Of a DNA stretch of 64,000 nt, positions 24,601 through 39,022 are shown in pieces; positions within the stretch are counted from its first letter, which is position 1; each line of letters starts with the position of its first letter. The position numbers and the translations under genes are program-made. This stretch comes from Klebsormidium nitens (Eukaryota; Plantae; Klebsormidiophyceae), in contig DF237302.1 in NCBI GenBank assembly GCA_000708835.1, positions 31,500-95,499 of the forward strand. The letters run 5' to 3'. The notes below the pieces were generated by a model. That model saw only the letters and a program-made list of their open reading frames with translations. It was not told where the DNA came from and ran no database searches.

Positions 24601-27600
24601 TTACCACTCTGTGCAAGTAGCACCTTGCTTGAATGACGACATTGGCTGTTTGGGCGTTACTACAAGAAATTTTATCTGGAAGAAGCGGCGGTCCTCGTTG
24701 GCGGTGTCGGACCACTTCGAGGCCTCAGCCGATCGTTTCTCAGATATGCATCGAATCTCCTGGGCATATGTCAAAATCCTCATTGCCTCCTGATTTGAAG
24801 GCCGTGACGCGATTCCAGTGCTGACACCATCCGGTATGCTCCTGCTTCTAACTCACACCTTTGCTCCTCTTCAGTTGGTCAAGGAAGTTCTCGAAGTCCA
24901 CTCCCTGCTCGGCCCAGCACCCGCCTCTGCTCCAGGCGAGTCAGACTCAGCGTCCGCTGATTTGTCGGAGAGGATGGAGGCCGTAAAGGGTTCGTTACGA
25001 GAGCGTATAGAGGAGCTGCGGTCGAAGATGGCTGGGGAGAAAGAGGAGCTGGAACGGCTGAGGGAGGCGAGTCAGAAGCATCATGAGCAGGTGAAGGCGC
25101 TCAAGCGGAGAGTCGGCGACCTGGAGAAGGAGAAGGCGGCGTCTGCAGAATCGTCACAGCGGTTAGACCACCCTTTCACTTACTTGTACTTTCCTTTTGG
25201 CTGATACTTGGAAGCCGGAAGTGTCACTTTGTTCGCTAGCTCCAAACGTTGAGAAATTCAATAACATGAAAGATGGGAGGTGCCATGTTGTTTGCCTGCT
25301 GCAGAATACTGAATCGCGAGTGTACGAGTGAAGGCTCACTTGCCTTTATTGCCTTTCATGATACTGGGACCGAGTAGGAAGGGCCGAGATGAAGCAAGGG
25401 TCTAGACTGCACTTGAGAAGTCTTACTGTACTTGAGAAAGGCATCATGCATTTCAATAACGGAAAATGGAACTTTTGTGTTGAAGAAGATCGACGGCAGA
25501 CGTAATGTGCCTGAAAATATGGCCACAGATGATGCCCACAGATGCAGACGCTTTGAGAGGGTGGAGGTCTATGTTCAGACACCGATTTTTTGAGTCCTTG
25601 TTCTGCTTACGAAGAGGCCAAGCGAATCTGACAAGATGGAAGGTCTAGTCCAAGCTCTTCAGATGGTTCCCCCATCTTCTGACTGTCCTTCAGAAGTTCT
25701 TCGAGGAGCGCTGATCACTTTCTCCGCTTTTTCGACGTTTGCGCTGTCAAGCCTTTAACGGACGTCAGCGCTGCTTCTCTTTGCAGGACCAAGGACGAGC
25801 TGGCAGCTGCGATGCGGGAGCTAACCGGGGCCAAGAACGAGCTGTCCACCAAGCAGATGCGGATTCAGAAGCTCGGCCAGGACTGCAAGAAGCACAAGGA
25901 AGCGGTGGCAAAGCTGGAGGCCGAGTGTCGAACCGCCAAAGAAGGGCTGGAGGCTGCCAGAAAGGAGACGGAAGCTGCTCGGAGGGCTCTGGGGGGGAGG
26001 AACGGTGCTTCTGGCGCAGCGGCGCAGCCGGTGGAACAGGATGGGGCGGCGACAGAGCTCCGGAGGAGAGTCGAGGAGCTTGAGAGGGAGTTGCGGGAGG
26101 TCGATGAGCAGCGGCGCTCCGCAGAAGCGTTGGTGGAGTCACTGAAAGTGGAGTCGGAAACTTTGAAGCGGGAGCTGGCAGGGAGAGACGAGGAAGTGGT
26201 TCAACTGCGTTTGGAGGTGGAAAGAAGCGCTGCGGAAGGGGCAGGTGGACCAGCGATGACCGGAACTGAGTCGGAGCTCGCTGCGAAAGACGCGCTTCTC
26301 CAGGAGTTGAGGCTGAAGTTGCAGGAGGCGGAGCAAAGGGCCGCTCTTCTGGCGCGGGAAAAGGAGGCGCTGGTCGCCGAAATGCAGTCTGCGTCAGCAA
26401 ACGGCGCAAACGGCGACCAGCTGCGGGAGCTGCAGTCGATGCTGGCGACTCTCCAGGAGGAGCTGCGGCGACGAGACGAGAGCGACCCGGGCCGTCCAAC
26501 AACTACCTCGGGGACTGGGGAGGGTTTCGAAAAGCCGACTGTATTGGACGTGGAAGGCACCCGGGAGGAGAGTTCGTTGCCAGCGGGATCGACAGAAAGC
26601 GTGCAAGGTCAGTACGGAACGTCGGGGCTCCAGGAGGGTGACGTGGCACGGCTGAAGCAGGAGCTCCTCGCTGCCGGGAAGCAGATTGAGGCAGTCACGG
26701 CCGAGAGGGACTCGCTGAAGGGGAGGGTCGAGGAGTTGGTAGCGCAGGTCTCGGAGTTGCAGTGGACGGTGTCGGCGCTAAAAAGAGCAGCGGAGCTGGG
26801 GTTGCAACGAGCGGCGGACAGCGAGGGGGCTGACGCCGATGGGGAGGGCGGTCTGCAGGCGGCCGTCGATAGGCTGCGATTTGAGCTGGGCGAGAGGGAA
26901 GCGGACCTGGCGTGTCTGCAGGAGGACTACGAGGTGCAGGCGAAGAAGATGCAGGAGACGATGGAAGTAAGTAGTCGGTCGTACTCGCTCCCTTTCCTTG
27001 CTAAAGTTGCCGTTGCTAAGCGAGACCACAGCTGATATTAGAACACGTACTGGGCGACGGAAAACGCTCCAAATAGTGCTGCTCGTCAGCTATTTGTCGA
27101 GCCATCGTCCTTTGTGGCTACCTTTAGTTGCAAAGTCGATCTAAGTTGGTGACGAGTCACTGTGTCCTTTGGCCCAACAGTTCTGCAACAGATCTGAGTC
27201 TCTTACTCCGCTTACATGGAGCAAGTTCCATCTTTGAGCGGAACTTCTATCGTCCCTGACTGATCCTGGATGGTCGATTCAAGTACGGTGGCTTTTGTCA
27301 AAGTTCACGTGGTAGCGCTTCAGAACTTCTATGAACGATCATACTCATCTCTACCTGTGCGCTCTGACATGGCCGTCTTTTGAGATCTGTTCATCTCATT
27401 ACGTTTCAAAGGTTGTCGGACGCCCAGTTATAACTCCTGTAAGGCCCCTTAAGCTGAACGGCGAACGAGAGAGACCTAAGCCTGTGGGCAACTTTGCTCT
27501 TGTGTGCAGGAGCTCAGCCAACGTGCCGTAACGCTTGAGAAGACCTGCGCGTCCTTGGCCACGGAGAAGGAGCGGGCCGAGACCAGCCTTGAGGAGGTGA

Positions 27601-30600
27601 CGCTCTAAGCATCCTCTTCCCCTGGACAATCTATATTCAGTAGAGACTTTTGTCCTTGATTTACCTCGTAAAGAGAATCTTAGACCTGCCACTGACCAGC
27701 GAGGGGACCCATGATCTGGCGCGGAAGTGCTTTTGTTACTGGATTGTTCTAAAGACTGCGGCTCATCGTTGGCGTGGTCAGCAGATCATTCTGTACCCTC
27801 GACGGCGAGAACGACTAACCTCACCCAAGACTGTGTCCATTCAGTTGGTTTTCGCAGTGTTTGCGAACGATCCGGTAAAAGGTGTAAAACCTGGCGGAAC
27901 TTTATCCAGACTTTCCGGTTTCTTTGCGTCCGCGTGCAGGCGGTTGCAAAAGCGAAAGAGGCGCAGGCTGAGTGCCAAAGGCTGCAGGAAGCTGAAGCCA
28001 AGCTAGCCACAGACCTCGACAAGGTGACAATACAGTCCCTTCGCGCTCACTGACAAATTTTAACGCGCCACAGACATAGGACACGACTTGCTCGGTGATG
28101 TTGAATGACATCCCTTGATTCTGTCAGTAACCACTTGCTCAGGGCTTTGATTGGATGCCAGACTCTCTCTTGAAACCCGTTGAATGGAGTTCAGCAGCCC
28201 ACTACCAACAAGCTTTAGTTTCTCAACTGGAAAAGGGTCGGTTGATCGGACGACTGCCGGAGGTGCACAGCGTGTTGGGCAAGCGTGCTATCTAACACCA
28301 CGCGCGTTCGTCCTGCCAGGTGGAAAAGCAGTACGCCGCTGCCAGTAAGGACCTGCAGGATTCACGGTCGGAGGGGCTGCGGCTGCGGCGGCAGCTGGCG
28401 GAGGCTGATCTGGTGAGTCGGTGATCAATGGAGCACGTCGCAGAGTTCCCATTTCACGTGGTAGAGCGCGGAATTCGTTTGTGTTCTGCAAAAAAGGTCC
28501 TCTTTACTGTGGAAATCACAAAAAGCGTCTCTTGTGTACGGGGTCTGGTCAATGCTTCGTGGTTCGAGAGCGCAGATCACCGCTCGAGTCCAGTCCGCCA
28601 TACGTCGAGATCAGTGCGTCTGGGGAAGCGGAGCACTTTCAGAATTGATTGTTTATCCGAGTGATCTGAAGTCACCTTCCCTTGCACAGGGCATGGGAAC
28701 GCAGTCTCTTCAAGGCGACGAATTGCAGCGGCAGTGCGTCACCCTAAGGTAGGTCTGCTTCGGTGCAGACTGGATTTGGCACTTCCCTCAATATGGTCCT
28801 GTGTTTTGTTCTGCATAGATTTCTGCTTCTACTCTGCCTCTTTCACCAAGTTCGACATTAATACTCCTGCTTGCTCTTCTCGTGTTCGTCAAACCCTCTA
28901 GATGCTGTGGAAAGTCCTCACTGGCAGGGATGAGTAAGCGGGTCTTCGTACCCGGCACTCAGCGGAAGACAGCGACGTTTCAAACTCATGCGTGCGGCTT
29001 TCAAGCTGGACAAGCAACTTTCCTGACGCTGCACACAAAGTTGTTGCAGGCAAAGTCTCCAGGCGGCGAAGCAGCGCGAAGACTCGCTCGAGACGCAGGT
29101 CAGTGAGTTGACGACTCAGCGCGACAAGGAGCGGAGCGCCGCGTCAAAGGTGCGGGAAGAGCTACTCGAGGCGAAGTAAGTACTCCTACTTTCTATGAGC
29201 CTGGTGGTTCGGGAACGCTTCCGGAAAAGTGACGCACTCAATTGCTGAGAACAACCGCGTGTCAAATCTGATAGGCAACGGGTGAGCAGGTGCAGTAGCA
29301 ATCCGTTGTGAGGGTTTCGATACTCCGGTCTCGAGTCGGAAACGGTCAAAGGCGCTCGACCATTAGGGGCATGCCTGTCAACCGCGAGCCCTCCTCACCA
29401 GGGATGGCGTGACGGCAATCAGAGAAAGAGAGCTTTACCTGCTGGTCTCGTTACACCAACTTCTGAAAAACAAAGTATCAAAATTTCAAGTTTCAAGGCT
29501 GATATGTGTTTGGAAAACATCGTTCAAGCTTTTTGTCCCGAGCGATCCTGTTGGCGGTCAGGGGATCAACATGGAAGCACCTCACCGTCTTTCGTGGGGT
29601 GTCCCGCACGACCTGTTGATTGTCGACTCGAATCTGTTTCTGATTACTCCTCGATTGCCTGGATACGAATTTTGGAGCCTCACAGTGGCGAACGCTCTTT
29701 CAGGCACCAGCTGGACAACGCCGAGAAAGACGAGGAGCAGCTGAAGACGCTGATCACCCAGCTGGACTCGACCAGGGAGGATCTGGTGAGCCTGCGACGG
29801 TTGCGCACAGATTGCTCTCAAAACTCCTCCGTGAGCACAAGGTCCTGAGCCACTTTCGTGTCAACAACTTTGGCCAGTATCCTTTGCTGGCCGCTTTGAC
29901 TCGATTGTCGGAATGTAATGTCATTATCGGTCGTAAAGTACCACTTTGTCTCGAAGCTTCCGTGATCCACAATAAAAACGCGACCGGGTTTTTGATTTGT
30001 GCGGTGAAGCATCGCTGGAGCATAAACTTGACACTGCCCTTGTCGAGGTAGCGAGGAGCAAGAAGCAAGCAATGGTCTTGGCCGTTGCAAAAAGTAGCGC
30101 AGACCACCTATTACAACGTTCCCAGAACCCCGGATATTAAGCTTCGAATTTAAGGGGTGATTGCTAGCGGTCTTCCTTCTGGTCGGAATCAACCCTGCGA
30201 TCAAGCAATGCTTCCGCTCAAGCGTCTCTTTGCGAACCCCAGGATTCAATTTGCAGATGCTACCAACCATTCAGTCAACACGTGCAAGCTCTGAGGAGAG
30301 GCAGGACGTGGTCAACAGTCTCTTCAGACTAACACCAATTGGCTTCTTCAACCGCAGACACGCAGCTTTCATCTCATCTCTCGTCGCTATTGTCAGGAAG
30401 CTTTACCAACTACAATCCTGTCTCCTCTCCAGGTCACGAAGCTGCGGGCCTCGTTGGCGGCGGAGCGCGTCGCCAGCAAGCGCGTGTCCAGCCTGGAAGA
30501 AGAGAAGGCGGGCGTGAAGCGCGAGCTAGACAGGGCCTCTGCGGAGGTCGCCCAGCTGCGGCAGGTCATCGAGGCGCTCGACCGAGACAGGGACCACATG

Positions 30601-33600
30601 CAGGGAGAGGTGCGTATACTTTCTCCTGCTCCATACCGTTCCTTCAGCGACCCTCTCATATCCTGGGGATGACGTCCGACAACATCGAAAACGGATCTTG
30701 AGACATGAGCGTTGGCCGCCTTGTCCAGCGAAAGGCGGGGCGCAGGACCGCGGTCCTCCGCACAGTTTCTTTTACCTCTTGTGGTTTCTCTAGATTTCTG
30801 TGGAAGGCAGTATCAGTCTCCCACCGATGGCAGTCCGGGTGGAGGAACGCCTCGTTCAGGAGACAACAACGCAGAGGGCGGTTCCGCTCTTCTTCGATTC
30901 GATCTTCCGTCCCTTTTGTCGGACGTTACGTTAGACCGGATCCTGCATGGTGACGTCAGAGCGGATATGATCAGCCGCCTGGTCCAGGAGACCGCGAGCG
31001 TGTAGTCTTGCAGTCCTGCCGGGGATCCGCTCCCTTTCGTTTCCTGCTTTTGTAATCCCATTGGGCTGCGCTGACGTCACGTTATCATACAGTCATCCCG
31101 CAGGTTGACGTCCGAGCAGAGGAGATCAGCCGCCGGTCGAGGAAACCGCGAGCTCGCAGTCTTTCAGTCCTGCCTATTTTCTGCCCCAGCCTTATTCTCT
31201 GCTCACGCTTATTTTGGACTGTGCTGACGTCATGCGATCATCCGGTGATCCTGCAGGTTGACGTCCGAGCGGAAGAGATCAGCCGGCTGTTCCAGGAGAC
31301 GGCGAGCGCACACCCTTGCAACTCTGCCCAGAATCTGCTCCCCTCTGCTTTTTGCTCCGTTATTCCCTCCGCACGGAGGTCACATAAGCAGCCAACAATT
31401 CCGAAGGTAGACGTCCGAGAGAGAGAAAGTCAGCCCCCTGGTCCAGGGGACAGCGAGGCCTTATTCCTGCGTGCAACTTCGTTCAGCATTACTCACGTGC
31501 TTACATGCCCTCTCGCTTATCGCGCAGGTTGACGACCAAGCAGTGGCATCCGGCGGCTGGTCCCATTGCTTTATGCTTACATGACTTTCGTGCGTCCGCT
31601 GAATCTCCCTCAAACACCTCGCAGGTTGACGTCCGCGCCGAAGAGATCAGTCGGCTGGTCCAGGAGACGGCGAGCGCACAGGGCCACGTGGCCGACTTGC
31701 GCATGCAGCTGGACACCGCGGAGCATCGGCTGGCCACGGCGACCGCCCGGGCGACACAAGCGGAGGAGGAGGTACGAACATTGTATTGTGGTCGCCCTTT
31801 ACGGTGTCGATTCAGACTCTGCCTGTGTCAGCAAGGGTCACTTCGTACGCTTCCTTTCCGGCGTTGACGATTTTGTGTGGGGGCCTACTTTCAAATTGGG
31901 TTGCAACCACTAAAGGCTTCTAGTGGAGCTCGTGTACGTCAGACGGAGCTCGTGTACGTCAGGACGTCCGCTGTCCTTCTCAACATGAGGCGGGCTAGCT
32001 CTTCTACACGCGGTCTGAACATCTGGACGTCTCTTGCATGCTCCTGGCAGACGCTTTTAAGATTTAGTGACCACTGTGCTCCACTTCAGGTGACCCGCAC
32101 TCAGGAGCACCTGAGGCGGCAGACCGACGCAAACGGTGCCCTGCAAGAAGAGTGCGACATCAAGGTGCGATCGCCCGAACTTCCTTTGGCAAGTGCTTTG
32201 ATAGGCTCTTATCGGAGATGTCGAAGTTCCTGTTGACCGCAAAGGTTGTTCTTGTGGTGACCAGGTATTTGCATGTTAGGCCAGTGCCCACAGCCAGCGT
32301 GAAGCGTTCGTGAGGGAATCTTGTGGATGTCCCCCAGCGCGTTCCCGAACTCCTTTCTTGGGCCCGTTTAGTTGCTCATATTAATATTATTGCTCATTAC
32401 GCTCAGTTGCTTCTCAAAGTGGTGGAGGAGCTGTCAAATGCTCAAGGAAAGCAGAGAAGACAAGGGTCTCGTTTGGATAACAAAGTAGGCACATTACAAA
32501 GAGACACCGGAACTGCGGAAACGGCCGGGAATATAAGTGTTCTTTGAGAATCCCGACCAGATTGACTACGACTTGTGCTGCTCTGATGCAGGCCGGCGAA
32601 CTGCGGTCGCTTGCGGACGATCTTGCCAACCTGACGCGAGAACAACAGGTACGTGAAGCGCCTTTTAAAATATTGAGTGTCAGTCCTCATGCACAGTCCG
32701 TTCCGACTATTCCGGCTGTTTTGACCGCTCTGTCTTCTTGAACTTTTCCTTCCGAACGCTCCTGGGATTCCAAGACTCCGCCGTCCGTCCTAGTTCATTG
32801 TTCGCGGTTCCTTTGACGACTCTCTTTGTGCTTCGCAAACACAGTCTTGATTCTCAAGTTTATCCGCCCGTTTGGGCCATCCCGTTTTCGGCAGATCTCC
32901 TGCTCCTAGTGCAGCGCTCAGTATCCGAGCTTTTCGTCCGTTTCCCCTCACGTCTCCTTTTCCGTTCCGTGAATACAGCACTTGAATCAGGAGCTGGTCC
33001 AAGTAGCAGAGGAGCGGAACGCTCTGCAGGACGAGCTGGAGCGGGTGGCCCGGAAGCTCGAGTACGCGGAGCAGGTACGGTGACAAACAGCTTTCGAAGC
33101 TAATTATTGCTGATGTCACGTCTCTTTGGAGTCACGGCCTTGCGCAGGACGCTGATGTTGCAACCTTTGAGACCCCGACGGTCGCCGTCGACTTTCAATG
33201 GTGCTCAGCACCGCTTGTTGAAAATTCAGTCCGTTTAGCAGATCCAGTCATCGACTTCCTCGTGTAGGTCGGAATCAGCTAGTCGTAACGTCGACCTGAG
33301 AGAAGTCCCTTTGCTTGCTGTCCGTCACGCCTTCACCTTACGAGGCGCCTGCAGCAAGTCGACGCGACCAGAAAATCCCCAAATGCTGGAACCGTCCGAG
33401 GCCGTTGCTCGATGAGGTTCACTCTTCCCGCATGCACGGCCGAAAGCAACCGTCTCTTTAAGTGACGAATTGATCGCGAGCGGTGATGCAGCTACCAGAA
33501 GGACAGCCCCACGAAGACCGTACTGACACCCATTTTTTGCACGGTCGCAGCTGCTGCGCGCCCGGGACAAGGAGCACGAGGGCCTTCTGACGTCATTGCA

Positions 33601-36600
33601 GCAACTCGGAGAGGAGAACCAGCGCCTGGTGACCGAGCTTCAGCAAGCCCAACACGAGGTGATGACCTACTACCGCAACTCTTGGCTCAGCCTGTGATGC
33701 AGTCGCCAACCTCGATCCTCCAGGAATGCAAAAGTTTTCAGATCTTTGCATCCTCCTTTAAACGCAAGCTTCTATACATGACCAGCTGATCAGACGAATT
33801 GAATACCTAGTTGAAGGGACTGCGCCGAATAATTAAGAGTGCAGTGGCGCGACAACTTCTGGTCCGAGCGGCAAAAGTATTTTGGTCAGATACTGAAAGC
33901 CGTCTCAGGTGGTGAAGATTGCAAGGAAAGTCTGCTCTGAAGTTCTTACTCGTCGGTCCAATCAAACTAGCTTTATCGTGTCCGTGCAGATTCAGCACTT
34001 GCAGTTGCACGCGGCATCCCTGGAGGACACGCTGCAAGCGATGCAAGACCACATCAAGGGGCTGGAGGGGGAAGCGCATCAGCAGATCTCGGACCTGCAG
34101 GTCAGGCGCAGGACCCTTCATGCCTTGTGCCGGCTTCATTAGTTTCGGAGGTGCCCATATCCGGGGACTTGTCACTTGTCAAAATGCTCGTAGGCAGAAC
34201 AAGGGAGGAACGTTGAGCGTCACACTTGAGCTTCGTGCCGGGTCTGTACCCAAAGCCACTTCGTGCGACATCTTTCATCAATTTCCAACTGTTCTCGAAC
34301 TGTTCAAATCAACTTGAAAAAGGTGTCTCTGGCTTGTGTCCAATCTCAGGAGCATTCCAGTCAACGAACGCCGATCGGCTGCCCTATTGATGGCCTGGCA
34401 GAGATGACGACGAAGCTTTCCTATCGCGCACTCTCCTTACTTGCGGATGTCGTTTCGGTCACGTGATTGAATGCTGGAAGCTGCAGCAACTCATGTGAAT
34501 TCGCAACTTTTGTCGTACTCAGGCTTACGAGCGGCAGTGCGACTCGCTGTCCCGCTCCTTGGCGCAGCAAGCGGAGATCCTGGAGGAGCTGCAGACCGAC
34601 AAGGCGGGCTTGCAAGTCCAACTCGACACCGCCAAGCAGGTGAGGATCGATCTCTTCGCTGTCGGCTACAAGCGAAGCTTCTTTCGACCGCGTTCGTCTG
34701 CAACGTCAAAGTATGCTATGGCTGATTGACAAAGTAGGGTCGGATTTCCTTGGATCTGGTCTTGACGTCGACAGGCTACGAGTAAAAACTTGAGTTTTAT
34801 CGAGACTGCGACGTTGCAGTCCACAAGCAGAGCTGTGACTTTTCAGCATCCTTCCCTCAAACGTGGGCGTCCTCCCTGTTCCAAGCACGGGTTGATTCTC
34901 GATGTCGCTTGAGAGAAATGCTTGCTCCGGATTATGTACTTCGAGCGTTTCCTCCTCTGAGCTCTCCTCTGTTCGACTAGGTGAGCTCTTGCGGCGCCAC
35001 AAGTGACTACGATGCAAATCCTCCAGGCTTTTTTGATACCCAAAGTCTTTTCTCTGAGCTTTAAGGTCGTTTGACAACTCCTTTTCGTTGAAGTACTCTG
35101 TCTCCTGACGAACGCTGCGAACTCCTTTCAGGTGAACGTTGAGTTGGAGCACAGCCGCTCGTACCTGCAGCGGGAGATAGCGGGAGCGGAAGCTCGGGTG
35201 CAAACCCTCCAGGCCCGCCTGCAAGACGGCGAAAACGTGAGCATCTTGTTGACAACCAATGCAACCCCTGAATCTCCAGAGCTCCTCTGTAGCGAGTACT
35301 TCGTCCAGAATGCTGTTCGTCGCCGAGACTTATTTTCCGAACAATTTTCTACCAAGTTTGTGGGTGGCAACCGTTCATAAACCGGGTTGATCGTCGTGGT
35401 CTATCAGAACCCAATCGAAAACCGCTTTGTAGACTGGCTGGGCCAGGCCCGACCTTCGTCTTTCTCTAGTATGTAGCGGAAGGGTGCGCTTGTAAAGGTC
35501 GGCGAGAATGAATTCAGAAACGATAATGCTAAGAACCTACGTCCCTGTTAGAATCGGCCTTTGTCTCAAGTTTACTTTCCACACACTGAACCCTCGACTT
35601 CCCAGATGTGTTGATGAGGCACACTTATAGCAGAGCCGCTTTGCAAAGCCTGAGAAGCCACAGACTCGCGAGCATTTTGGGTAGTCGAAACGCGATCTCA
35701 AGATCTTCTCTTCTCCGTTTTAGGAAAAGGAGTCTCTGATGGCGAGATGTCAACAAGTGCATGCCCGCGTGCGGGAGCTAGAGCAATTGCTGGCCCGGGT
35801 GCGCGCGCAAGAACACGTGCTGGAAGTCACGACACAGGCAAGTAAAATGAACACGGTCACACTGGTTCGGTGTGTGCCCGTCTTGGTGTACGAACCTGAA
35901 CAAGACGAGGAGAAGGATCCGCATGTGTACATGTCTTTCAGGGCTTGAACGTGTGGCCGTATTCAGGCCTGCAACACATGAAACAAGCGTTGTTCAGGCT
36001 TTGAATGCACGTTTTCGCGTTCACTTCTGGAACAAGCTAAGTGAGTCAAAATTTAAGCGGAACCACTCGGTCCGTCTCCTTCTCAGACTTGGTAAGAAGC
36101 GAAGGGGTTGGAGAAGCCTTACTTATCTGTCTTAGGTGAAGATTGCAGATTGGCTCAAGCAACGGTTTGTACACTGAAGTTGTCAGGAAGGCCCGATATG
36201 AATTGTAGCATCTTTACTCCGATGCCACTAATGCTTCCGACGGCTCCGTGAGTTAGCGCAATCTTTTCAAGCTACTGATCTCAAAGTTTGCTTATGCTTC
36301 TCAGGACAAAGGCCAGAAGACGGCAATGCTCCAAGAACGGGCGCACGCTTTCGAGAGTCAAGTGTCGGCCCTTCAGCGCCAAGTGGACGAGCTGCAAGCG
36401 ATCAAGGACGCTCAGGACGCCGAGATCGTGAAGTTGCAGCGCAGAAATGGAGAGGGACCTCGACAGGAAGATCTGGAGGGCGACCATTCACAAGCGGGTG
36501 CCGAGGCGCGGTGGGAGAGGAGGGAAATGGAGAAGGAGCTAGCTCGTTTGAGGGAGAGCCATACCAAGCTTCAAGAAGAGTGAGCTCAACTCCACTCGTG

Positions 36601-38345
36601 TAACCCAAGCAATCTTGTCCATGCTTTTCCGTCAATGTGGAAAGTCTTCAACACAATCATTTCTTGGAGCTTACGTGTATTCGACGTGGTGATGTAGGAT
36701 TAGGATAGCTAAGCAGGCATCATGTCATCAACGATCATGCGTGGATAAAATCCAACCAGGCGACCAGAAAGAGAGAGCGCCCGAGAGAGCGCCCGGGCGG
36801 CCGACATGTGCGCAGATTCAAGCGAACTTGGACCATGGGTTGCTTGGACTGATATTTTTTCCAACTTTCAACTCTCAACAGGTTTGCCAACACTCTGAAG
36901 GAGAAGGAGAACATGCTTGGGTTGCTTTCCAAGGTCGGTTCGGTTTCTTTAGAACGTTGATAGTAAAGATGCACTTCTAGCAATCCCTAACCCATAATGT
37001 TGATTATCAATGCTCTGTTCTAGTCGAGGATCAGCGGTGCCCATTGACAATGAGGATTGCGACTATCGTGTATTCATTCCCATCGAATCCCCGTCGACTC
37101 TCCTCGACGTCGATCTCCTACAATGTTGATTGTCAACCTTTTGTTTGGGTGACTAAACAAATGCCGTGCATGCAGTTGGATATTGAGAGAAGTGAACTAC
37201 AGCAACGCCTGACGGGCAAAGGCGAGGAAACTTACCACAAGGAGGAACTTGAGGCTCTCAAGAAGGTACACTCAGAAACCCATGGTCCTTCCTCTATTGA
37301 AAAAAGGTGTGACAACCAGCATCATAGAAGTGTTGACCGATTCTTGTATTGTCGGAAGCTGGTTAGTGACATGGTCAACAAGCTCTAGTACATTGCTTTG
37401 AAGGTGTTGGCGATAAACTCAACTCAGATAAATCAACGAGTGTATCAAACAATTGACCGGGTTCAACATACCTTGCCGTCATTATCCAGAAAAGCGTGGA
37501 CTTCGAAGAAAGGCTGAAGGAGAGTGAAGCCCGACGCAACAGCTTGGAAAAGGATTTCGAGGTGAGTTGAGAACCTAGGAACTGTGTTCGACCACCCGGA
37601 TGAAAGAAACGCAATGCGGAGCCTCTTCTCAGCGCTACCTATAGTTGTATCTTGACCACTCCTTGAGGCCGTTTCGGGGTGTCAGCATACAAACATCTCG
37701 TTGCTCGACCACGACATCCCAGGAAGCGTGCAACAAAACATGATTTACTTCTTTGACAGGTGCTTGTTACCAACATGGGGGAGTTCTCAACCGCCAAAGG
37801 TGATGATGAAAATGCGAGATTGGAGGTAGGCTTGCTAGACTTTCAAAGGATGCTTTCTTCTCTTGTTTGAGCATCATGTTAGCTTTCATTGATCAGATAA
37901 TAGTTTGTTGAAATTACATCCGATGATTGTCAGCAATGCATTCTGTCATCAAGTTTGCTTGTCACCGGAGTTTGTAATTTGAGCAGCCGGAAAGCTATAG
38001 AGGCGAATTCCATTCCATTGTTGATCTAGCGACCATGATTCACTAAAGTTATGAACATTGTACAATCTTTCTCTTGCAGTTGAGGTCGGACTGTAAACCT
38101 GTCGTGCAATTCTCATGCTAGATCTCGATCATTGTCGAGATTCACAAACCTGCCTTTTTCTCATCTTTCAGAGTCGCTTTGCGAATGTGCTCGCGGACAA
38201 CCAAAGACTACGAGAAAGTCTAGCAGCTGCCATGGCCGCTTGCAGCAGTACAGAAGCCGACCTGCAAAGAATACGCCAAGAATACGCAGCCTTAACAGAA
38301 GTATTGCATGCACGCACAGGATCAGATAGGTTTAGGACCAACTGA
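21642..38345 (+). CDS. CEP135: Basal body cartwheel protein BLD10/CEP135 (long coiled coil, >25 exons)
   Basis: The N-terminus ALKRKLEALNY...LLDDVVHTTE...ENGRLLKENNELH...ELAELRFWK matches the CEP135/Bld10p N-terminus. Later exons REEEVQRLTRLLEGGRNVDDLS and LNHQVEY also match. Phase-checked exons include 21642-22104, 23522-23606, 24004-24092, 24372-24476, 24875-25161, 25787-26966, 31625-31771 and last exon 38172-38345 (stop). Not every internal junction was resolved. Confidence 0.88.
30665..31624 (+). repeat. Intronic tandem array of degenerate copies of the CEP135 acceptor plus exon start (VDVRAEEISRLVQETASA)
   Basis: Copies of CAG|GTTGACGTCCG...ATCAGCCGGCTGGTCCAGGAGACGGCGAGCG start at ~30950, 31104, 31257, 31407 and 31528 (spacing 154/153/150/121 nt), ahead of the true exon at 31625. 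Fainter remnants lie at ~30665-30880. Confidence 0.85.
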
Positions 38346-39022
38346 TGCAAATTAGAAGGTAGGAACTGAAAAGCTAGACTACCTAATTGATTTGACGGGG
38401 CCGCGCATTGATGGTACACACTATCCTTTGTGACGGTTGAATCGAAATAATAAAGATATCAAATACTAGCATGTGGCACTGATGAGCCTAGACTGGCCGC
38501 AAGAATCCGATATTGTTCTCGTGTATCGTCTTGAATTATGATAGCTAGAATCACAATCATGTAGAGTCTAAATCAAAACTTGATTATATCATTCTCATTG
38601 CCAATCATGTTACATATTGGATCTGCATCAGCCAACAAAACAGTGTGACCCATGTACCATTATTATCGATGACTTTGCATGCCACGCACTGAGTTGGCGT
38701 TTGAACTAATTGTAGACAGCTCAAGATTTGGAAGAGTTAGGTGCCAAACGCTGAGTCTCGGGGTCAATTCTAAATAATGTGCCAATGCAAATCGATTTTA
38801 GATAGCCGGGTAGGTGGCATGTGTCGGAAGTAGTAAAGTGTGGCTACAAAAGATGGATCGTCAGCGGAAAAGAATGTAGGCTTCAGACACTCAGCTTTTC
38901 ATGCATGCTCTCTTAATCGTCATGAAATTGGAAATCATGGCAAAGCCTAGCCATTTCAATGTGCAAGTTGACGACAATTTAGATTCCGAATACATACTAT
39001 AAAATCCGAATTTGAAGTCTGG

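Noticed and set aside
31925-31962. 18-bp direct repeat GGAGCTCGTGTACGTCAG x2, and AAAGCTGG x3 at ~55551-55577
   Set aside because: Local slippage duplications in introns, not CRISPR-like (no repeat-spacer periodicity).
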